A stretch of DNA of 63,995 nt, the filler included, from Basidiobolus ranarum (Eukaryota), in NCBI GenBank assembly GCA_040143965.1. It is 5 parts of 5 records of this genome, joined end to end, with 100 filler letters (N's around TTAATTAATTAA, not from the genome) between each part and the next. Parts side by side here need not be neighbours in the genome. Positions count along the whole stretch, not along the records: positions 51,753 to 63,995 come from JASJQH010007433.1; 4 more parts are not named here. One strand, written 5' to 3'. The translations under genes were made by a program, and so were the position numbers. This document shows positions 55,224 to 63,995 of this stretch, in pieces; the first letter of the stretch is position 1; each line of letters begins with the position of its first letter. The notes under the pieces were generated by a model. The model ran no database searches, had not been told where the DNA came from, and saw only the letters and a program-made list of their open reading frames with translations.

Positions 55224-57716
55224 TTCTGAAATTCTATGGCTTAACAGTAACCAGGTGGTAGACCACTTATGAAAATTGATATTAAAAAAAGAATAAGAAA
55301 AAATTACGTCCACATTTTTCGAGACAAGTGGCTCAGAGCTAAGATCCAATCAAGTGAAGGTACTTAAATCTATTTTTTATCGTAAATTGAGTTTTGTTTA
55401 GCATTCAGCCTTTTATTAATTTTACAACTAATTGTCTTCATCTATGACTCTTTACCCTTTTATGCTTTATATAAGCCTGCAGAGTTTTCCTTGAACCAAC
55501 TACCACTACCACTCCCACCATTACCCTTACTTAATATAGGTGTTTACAACAGACCATGGGGTATTGAGAGTAAATAAATAAATGTTGACTCACATCTATT
55601 TGCGATACAATTACGCCCTGTGTTAAGGAAGTAGTGAGCACAAAGCTAGTATCAAATTGGCCAGCAAATTGGTTGATTAAATTCAATACTTAAGGGGTGC
55701 TATATAACATGCAATAAGGACAAGGCCGAGACTAAGATGGCCTGAACTAAAGATCAGAGCCCTAACCCTAAAGTTACTATCATCTCGCACGTTGTTACAA
55801 TGGTCACCATCTATTCGAACCACGTTCCTCAATTTTCCAAATTTTCCTGAACACACGTTCCTGAACTGAATGCACAATCATGGAGATTTGCATCACTGCA
55901 AAGAAACAAACCACCTATCCACCTCAAAACCACTAGAAAATCATTCCCATTATAAATCGCGCATGCAATTTAGGTGGAGTGAGAGGTGGCGTTAAAATGC
56001 ATGAATTTTCATCTTTTTTCCTTTGACCCAAAACTCACTCGTATCATACCAAATAGAATAGGCACGCAAAAGAAAAATCCACCCTAACAATTATTAAAGG
56101 GGCAAATGGGATGGTGGATAGATGTTTGAGACTTATTGTTACGTAGGATTTGTAAATTAATTGGGGGATTTCTGGTTTCCTTACAAATAGAGCCTTGGTC
56201 AGGATTTTTCAAGACCAATTGACTCCTTTGAGGGACTCTCGCGTCACTCAAATGACCGAATTCTGTTCTGGAAAAGTTATTGGCGAAACCTCAATGACTC
56301 GGTTGCTTGAAATCCTTTTTTGTTGTATTTGTACTTGTAAGGGTTGCTGTGTTATCTACTCAGTTATCTTGATTCATTGAAGGAGTGTGACTTTCTAACT
56401 CGAGGGGTCACCCATGGGCATGTGAACTATTCAGGTCAGTCGGGAGTTAGGACAGCTGGTGGTGGTACAGGTGACATGTGTATGGTTCTCTATACAATTT
56501 GTTTAGAAGCTACATACTCCTAGAATGCTTCACTCTCTGACTTTGACATCTTCGGTGAGAATGCACACAACGGAGGAGTGGGTCCACTTGGTAAGCATGG
56601 TATTTAATCCAAGGGTGGTACGACATGTTGTTAATCAATTTCCTTGTTCGTAAAGATAATCAACGTTATCAACGATAGAAGATCAATGCGATATAGAAGC
56701 ATGGAAGCGTACAGGCGAATATATCATAATGCTACAGAGATTGATCGACGGGATTGGTTAAAATGGGTTAGTGATGCAAAAAAGCAAACAACATGTAAGC
56801 GGTTCATTTTGTTGTAGAATCTGTTTGTTTCGACAAACAAATCAAGTATCTTCGTCCGAATTAAGCAGTCGCGATGAGATATCATGGCAGCTCCCCTGCC
56901 TCAAACTCAATTTATTACAAATGATACAGCCTGCTGCTCCTATGCCTTGCCCCCAGACTTCCCCACCTGGGGCGATGTTCCAGATTAAAGATTCGATTGA
57001 ATAGACCTTCGTAGATAAATAAAGGTGAGAAGTTGATGCAAGGAACATGCAGCAGGTGATCTAGCAAAGACACCAGAAGCCAACTGAATCCAATTAAAAT
57101 CCAATCCACGAGTCATGGAATGGGCAATTTTACTTAATTGCAAAGCAAGAAAGGGAAAGCAAGAAAGGGGCCACCGCCAAATCCAGTTGCTAAAGCTTAT
57201 TTATGCTGAAGGTGTTTAAACAGTAAATGGAACAATATGAAGTTAGCAATCAGTACAAATTAATCTTTATTGAAGGGGATAGAGAAATTTCTACGCTTTC
57301 TGAGATTAATGAACAATCAACCTAACCCTTGGATCACTGGATCTAATTGAGCTATGTCTACGGATTTGGAACATTACTACTTGTGCTTTCCATCCAAATT
57401 CCCATTTAAGGCCAGCCTCCTCGGCCACCCCAACCAACTTGACTTACTATTCTACACATCAAAATACTGTGAAGCTCTTTCTCTACACATCCCACTTCCA
57501 TATATCTCCGACAGTTCTGAGCGCTCTCTAGAGGTAACTATCCCCCCTCTGCAATTGCTCTCCTCTTTCTCTCCCCGTTCTCGCCAAAATTAGGGTTGAT
57601 AGTGAGAGAGCTGGCCCTTACTGGGCAACTTCTTCAGTCAGTTATTAACCCTTCTACCCTTCACTCTTACAGATAATCTTCAGTTCTATCAATTTGGAAT
57701 AAGCTAAACGACAATA

Positions 57717-59042
57717 ATGGGCTGCTGCGTTAGTCACGACGACTTGGAAGGAAGGCGCAAGAACGATGAAATCGAAAATCAACTGAAAAAAGATCGAATC
57801 TCTCAAAAAAACGAGGTCAAAATGCTCCTTTTGGGTAATATAGGTTTATGCAGGTTAATATTGATTCTTGTGGCTAACTTAGTGGTTTAGGCGCTGGTGA
57901 GTCCGGGAAGAGCACTGTCCTCAAACAAATGAAACTTATTCATGAAGGCGGATATAGTATAGAAGAGAGAGAATCCTACAAGGAGATCGTCTATTCCAAT
58001 GCTATTCAGTCCATGAGAGTAATTCTAGAAGCTATGCACAGGATGGAGATCTCTCTAGTTAATGAGAAGAGTGCTCTACATGCTGATGTGATCCTCCAAC
58101 TGCCTCCTCAAATTGAGGATGATACCTTAGCCCCAGAGGTGGCTGATGCTATCAAAGCGTTATGGAAAGATGAGGGTGTCCAAGAATGCTTTCGCAGATC
58201 TAGGGAATACCAACTCAATGATTCGGCAAAGTAGTAAGTACAATGGCAGTTCTCTTCGCGTCTTAGTCTCGTATCGTTGCTCACAATTACTTCTAGCTAC
58301 TTCGACTCTATAGACCGCATTTCTCTTCTCGACTACACTCCAACTGACCAGGATGTCTTACGTTCTCGTGTCAAGACTACCGGCATTACAGAAACCTCTT
58401 TCCGTATCGGAGATCTTACATATCGCATGTTGGATGTTGGTGGTCAAAGATCTGAACGTAAGAAATGGATTCATTGCTTCGAAAATGTTACAGCCATCGT
58501 GTTTATGGTTGCTATAAGCGAATATGACCAAACTTTGATTGAGGATGAAACAGTGGTAGGTTTCTGACCTGACTCAACCTAGCTTCTTTTGCCTACTTGT
58601 AAAACCATCCAACTGAAACCCACTAATTCTAGAACCGCATGCAAGAAGCACTGACTCTCTTTGACTCCATTTGCAACTCTCGGTGGTTTGTCAAAACATC
58701 GATTATTCTTTTCCTAAACAAAATCGATATTTTCAAGGAGAAACTTCCGGTTTCTCAGATTGATCGTTACTTTCCCGACTATGAAGGTAAATATATCACA
58801 ACACATCACATCGCATTCCCCTCTTTTGTACAGTTTCTTATTGTTACTATTTAGGTGGAAGTAACTACGAATTAGCTTGCAGATATATCATGGAGCGCTT
58901 TGTTGCTTTGAACCATTCAGACAACAAACAGATTTACACTCATTTTACTTGCGCCACCGATACTGATCAGATTAAATTCGTCATGGCCGCAGTGAATGAT
59001 ATTATCATCCAAACCAACCTACGGGACTGTGGGCTTTTGTAG
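57717..59042 (+). CDS. Heterotrimeric G-protein alpha subunit, Gi-like fungal group I (GNA-1/FadA type)
   Basis: MGCC lipidation start, [41 protein letters not shown]-terminal NLRDCGLL*. Four coding introns. Confidence 0.95.
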
Positions 59043-59596
59043 ATAAGCTGCTCTTCCTCTCTCTCTTCTCTTTAGTCTTTCTTTCCACTTTTCACTTGAT
59101 TTCAACAGTTAAGCGGTCTTTTTTGCAGCGGATGGGCTTTTTACTGGAATTCCTCTGTAGTTACTCCTTTAGTTCGCTTCATAATTCTACTCATCCAAGT
59201 TTCATATACGTCTAGATAATTTCTTTTCAAGAGCATCCCACCCTCCCCTATCCACCTTTTTTATACTTAATTAATTTAAGAGGTATATCGATTTCTTTTC
59301 GCTCTTTCGCTCTTTTGATCGCTTGTCAAATACTCCTCACCATCATAGTCATTGGCCCTCGAATACGCTAGGCTAGCTAAAGACAAGTAATCCCTCCACC
59401 ATCCATTACTCTCCAACATCCATTAGCCTGATATTCAACGGTATTAACAAGACGTAGATGCGCTTTCTGAAAAGTGACTCATGTAGTGGCACTTCACCTT
59501 TGATACGATTCAGTGTGATTATTTAATCCAATTAAAGTAAGATGAAAACAATTACGTCCGAGTATTCTTTCTATTCTTGGTCGATGGAGTTGTCCT

Positions 59597-61433
59597 TCAT
59601 TTGGCGAATGCGATATCCTTAGTCAGTCTGAAGGATGCACAGTACATATCCTTGTTAGGGGCGACTGATCTCACATGATGGATATTACATGTTTCTGAGT
59701 CAATCTTATATCTCATTGTTTGATGGATTCTCTGGAAAGATGCAAACCGGTCATGAGTGGATGGAGCGGGATGAGATGAGATGAGACGATGGAATCATCT
59801 TTTTACTAACCTCCAAAATATCCTCGCGGGGGTTCTCACTCCTGGAAAAGCAGTGACAATGAACCATAGGATACTCGGTCTCGGGAACATCAAGCAATTC
59901 GTGAAAATCCTTGAAAATTCCCACAAATCCATCCAAGAATTCAATTGCGCTGTCTGGTAGATTCATAAGGTAATGTTGGAATATTTGGACTGGTTTATCA
60001 GATGCTCGTTGATGGTTGAGCTTTTCCACTGACTTGAAAATCATCTCCCGTCCATCTAAATTGTGGGCGAAACAAGTTTTTACCTTAACCAGAAATGGCG
60101 CACTTGTTACTTAACTTGGATCATGAAAGGAGTGAGCGCTTCCACTTACTTTGTTCAATCGTATATTTTCACACAGCCATTTGTACGACTCGGGATTTAA
60201 ATCATTAGCATGAACGATGCAACCTTTCTTTGATGCGGGCAATGCAAATGGTCCTACACCAGCCATAACATCGCCTATGCAGTTGAGTGTGGAATGTAAG
60301 ATCAGTTCAAAAGTAGATTTTCTTGGACCAAGTCAAACCCCTCTTACATATATTATCTCCAGATTTGAACATTCTTACTAAACGATCATGCTCTCCGAAT
60401 AATCGAGAGTTCCAATAAACTTTGGAAAAATCAAACTTGAATCGACATCCATTTTCTTTCTATAGGGTGGGTTAGGCTAACTTGAATGGATATCTACAAT
60501 ATGAATTCCAGTACCATTTCTGCAATGAAATCCGATTCGCCCGCTAGCACTTCCATCTTGAAAAATCTAAAAGTCGTATCAATGGAATCGGTCTTATTCA
60601 CAACTGTTCGTATATGTTTCGTTTTCTGTACATGTAAAGGTTAACCGACTCTCGCTTTTTGAGGTTTAAATATCGCTTAAATTTACTTCTAAGATCACTT
60701 GTCCAATTAGCTGTTTGAGTGGTGTATATTCCTCTCGTAAGTTCAAATGCGCTTTGAAAACATTCATCAGACAAACTGTTTACAAGGCTCAATAGAAATG
60801 AAAGACAATACCAATATGACCAATGGTCTCGAAGGACGTCTGTGCAGGAGCATCCTTAGGTAAAATGGAGCGTAAAATCTCCTCTGCAATGGAAGAATAA
60901 CCGAATTAGTACATTAAACCAAAGCCAAGAATAAAAAATAACTTTACCAAAGCTCCAATAATCATATGTAAAGTGAAGAGGATGTTTGACCAGCTCAAAG
61001 TTATTTTCTTTGATGACTGCCAGGGTCTTTTCAGAGACTGATTAAGGAAAGTAAAAAAGAAGTAAATACGACTTTCCAAAGGTGTAATCTTTTTTCTACT
61101 TGATCAAGATTATTTACCTTGGCTTTCTTCTTCTACTTCTAATAATAATAGCTTAAACTCTTGTGATCCGTCTATAGGAACCACATTTCGCATACGAGGT
61201 TGACTGAGTAAATCACTATTGAGCATTTGTCAATCAGCAAAGTATTTGAGGTTTCTTTAGTGTCAAGTTTTATTGAAAACGGCTGGCTTCAAATATAATG
61301 CTTACTTTTTAAAAAGTTCCCTATATGTGCCAACAGTCTTTAAAGGGACCTTTACTGCCAGAACTTCAACTGATCGCTCAAAATCAGCAGGATTAAGACA
61401 AGTCACTCCACGAACTGGTAATGGCAAGAACAT
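59597..61433 (-). CDS. TRM5: tRNA (guanine-37-N1)-methyltransferase Trm5
   Basis: Spliced translation gives [78 protein letters not shown] and [15 protein letters not shown]. Confidence 0.93.
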
Positions 61434-62169
61434 TATTGTAACTGTTGCTAAAGAGTAAAAAAGAAACAAGATCGATTTAAAATGGAAAATACCAGGTATG
61501 TGAAATTGGTTTACCAAAATAGCAAGACCTATGATCATTGTGCAGATTTAGGATAAATTAATCAGAATTTCTTCATTCATGCTGGACAATACGATCAATA
61601 TCACACATTTACATTTAACTATCTGACAGATGAAAACACGAATCATGATAAGATAAGCTCGAGTTCTTTTTTGAAGGTATTCATTAGTACACGCGCCGAC
61701 AACAGCAAAAGTTTATCAATGTAGATTATTATTACCAAGTAACTATTGGCTACAGAGGTAATTGCCACCTGGTTTTATTTATACTTAAATATCACTTGAG
61801 GTAGTTCAAACCCTATTCGAACTGTATCAATCTAACCATATCGTTGAGGCACAAACCATCCAAGATGACAGCAGTGGATGTGAAATGTCTTCTATCGAAA
61901 AGAACCGATGAATATGACTGGCATCTATAAATACTCTAAATATCATCTAGACTAGAGATGCTTAATACTAATATAGTACTTCCTTATTTATACTCCTAGT
62001 TGCAGAATCGAGAAGCTCGAGAAAATGAATTGGCTTGGCTTGCAATTTCCAAAAAAATCCATAGTTTAAATGCCAGCATAATATCTGACAACTCTCAGCT
62101 ATATAACAGTCAAAGAACTCCACTGAACAATTTATTTATTCTCCTAGCCCTAGTCCAAGCTCGCCCAAC

Positions 62170-63237
62170 ATGAGACTATCCTCCGTAGCAATGATGTCTT
62201 TGGTGACTTTGAGGGCTGGTAATTATCTTACATTTTAAAAACTCAATCGTCAATATCCTGATGTCATATTTTGTAACAGTATATTCCCAAGAAAATATCG
62301 ACTCTTCGATAAATTCAAATGGTAAGCCACTGTTTATTGTATTTTTTTTCTAATCAGCTAACTAATAACTCGTATAGTCAGTTCAGTTGTCTCTTTTGAA
62401 GCTTCTCCAGGTGAGTACAAACTATCTGTTGCTCTTATTTCCAATATATCAAATACATTACCTAACACAGATACCTCTTTAGAAGTAACCCCTTCAGTTA
62501 CTCCGTCCAATATAGATGACTCTCCAGACGTAACACCTTCTAATGTAGAAAATTCTCCAGAAGTAACACCTTCCAACGTAGATGAGCCTACAGACGTGAC
62601 ACCTTCAGTTACTCCTACCAGCGTTGATGAGTCTCCAAATTTAACGCCTTCAGTTACACCATCTAATACAGATACCTCTCCCGTGGAAACACCCTCAGCT
62701 ACACCATCCAGCTCAGATGAATCACCTTCAGCAACTCCCATACCATCTACTGAGCCCGACAACTCAGTTACACCAGTAGAACCTACTACTTTGGAAAGTA
62801 CTAATCAGCAAATAGAACCATCTTTAACCCCACCTGTGGATCCAACTTCAGCTCAAACAACTCCAACACCTACCATTCCTTCAATTACTGAGAATAGCTC
62901 TACCGCACAAACCCAAGCAACTTCAAAAACAGATGAAGCCATACTTACAGTACCACCTTCGGTTACTATCTCAGTACCTTTTGCCGACTCCTCTGTTGTT
63001 GTAGATGTCCCAACCACTGGTGGTAATCCCGTGACTACCTTAGCCAACAACGATGTCATCAATAATGTGGTTGTAACCGCAACTGTCCAGGTTTCAGGTG
63101 AAGACGTTGTTGTTTTGGCCACAGCTAGCTATGCCGCCAGAGGGGCGGCTCATACTTCTTCTTCTACTGTTAATCTGATGAATCCTTTAACTATTTCCGT
63201 GGTGCTACTCTCCGTATTATCAGTAATGTATATCTAG
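62170..63237 (+). CDS. Mucin-like Ser/Thr/Pro-rich secreted, probably GPI-anchored protein
   Basis: Three small 5' exons (MRLSSVAMMSLVTLRA...), tandem VTPS(V/N) repeats, hydrophobic C-terminal tail. Confidence 0.8.
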
Positions 63238-63860
63238 ATGATATCTTTTATTGGGTAAATAACGAAAAATAAAAATGGCAGTCAAAAAGCATGCCGAAAA
63301 TCAGTCCCACGCTTATGTGTTCATCGTCAATAACTAAAGTTCATATATATATATAAGCCAGCTAATTCTAAGCTTCATCAATTATTGACATAGGGGTTTT
63401 CTCCGCTTATCTAGAAACCACTACTCCAATGGTATATGGTTGAACAATCGAGTGTTTGAAATATTTCTTGAAAATAGTTATGCTATGCTATAGCATCCAA
63501 ACAGAGTCAGATAATTCCCATTTAATGGAAGGCTTTATTGTACTTTCTACATTAACCTGAAATCAGTTTAGATCTACACCAATCTCCCTAATCTCCCCAA
63601 TCCTTCAAAATAAACCGATTTTATTGACCATCTATTAATTAGTCCGAAACAAGTTATATTGTAACGGAACTGATGATTAGGACTTCGATGATGTTGTTAG
63701 TCGCTTCCACCTTACTGAATGTGATTTCTGTCGTATTGTTGTAACACTATTATTGTTTATTTACTTTGTCAATTAATTGATGAAGAAAGTTCATGGACCT
63801 CATCTATTTCTATACTTAAAGAGTAGCGCTTATTTCTCCTATTCGTCTGCCCAACTCCAT

Positions 63861-63995
63861 TTAGAACGCAGCAGCAACTCCTCTTTTTCTAGAATCAGAT
63901 GCAGCGTTGAAATATCCACTTGGTAGTCTGGCAACTGCTTGGACAACACATTGTGTTGTAGCCAGTCTGGTAACGTTGTGTCCGCGTGCTTCCAA
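63861..63995 (-). CDS. Gamma-glutamyltransferase, C-terminal end (gene continues beyond window)
   Basis: LEARGHNVTRLATTQCVVQAVARLPSGYFNAASDSRKRGVAAAF* matches the GGT ending RGH...VQAI...AASDPRKxG. Confidence 0.85.
   Translation of the reverse strand: MEARGHNVTRLATTQCVVQAVARLPSGYFNAASDSRKRGVAAAF

Overview
Nuclear DNA of an intron-rich, AT-rich fungus with short GT-AG introns. My inference is an early-diverging lineage, Basidiobolus/Zoopagomycota- or Mucoromycota-like; this is unverified. The window is not one locus. It is five unrelated contigs (1-12889, 12990-25847, 25948-38751, 38852-51652, 51753-end) joined by artificial 100-nt spacers (N44-TTAATTAATTAA-N44). Contigs 1, 3 and 5 are gene-dense housekeeping regions: RPL20, TIM9, a BSD protein, MEF2, ARO2, MET30, RACK1/ASC1 with an intronic U24 snoRNA, an OCIA-like protein, an alpha/beta hydrolase, RPB1, IAH1, DBP5, a Gi-type G-alpha, TRM5 and the GGT 3' end. 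Contigs 2 and 4 are gene-poor and carry decayed sequences: a tRNA-Pro pseudogene, an AA11 LPMO pseudogene, an orphan GPI exon, a FET4 pseudogene, and lipase and copia-RT relics, alongside intact PHO84, a GH20 5' end, MDH1, an F-box gene and surface proteins. The main structure missing from the ORF track is a ~315-335 bp TGTTGAA...TTCAACA LTR family (5 copies or fragments on 3 contigs). One copy keeps a half-tRNAiMet primer-binding site (Ty5/copia type) and sits just upstream of the FET4 pseudogene. I found no convincing evidence of a wholly new biological system.
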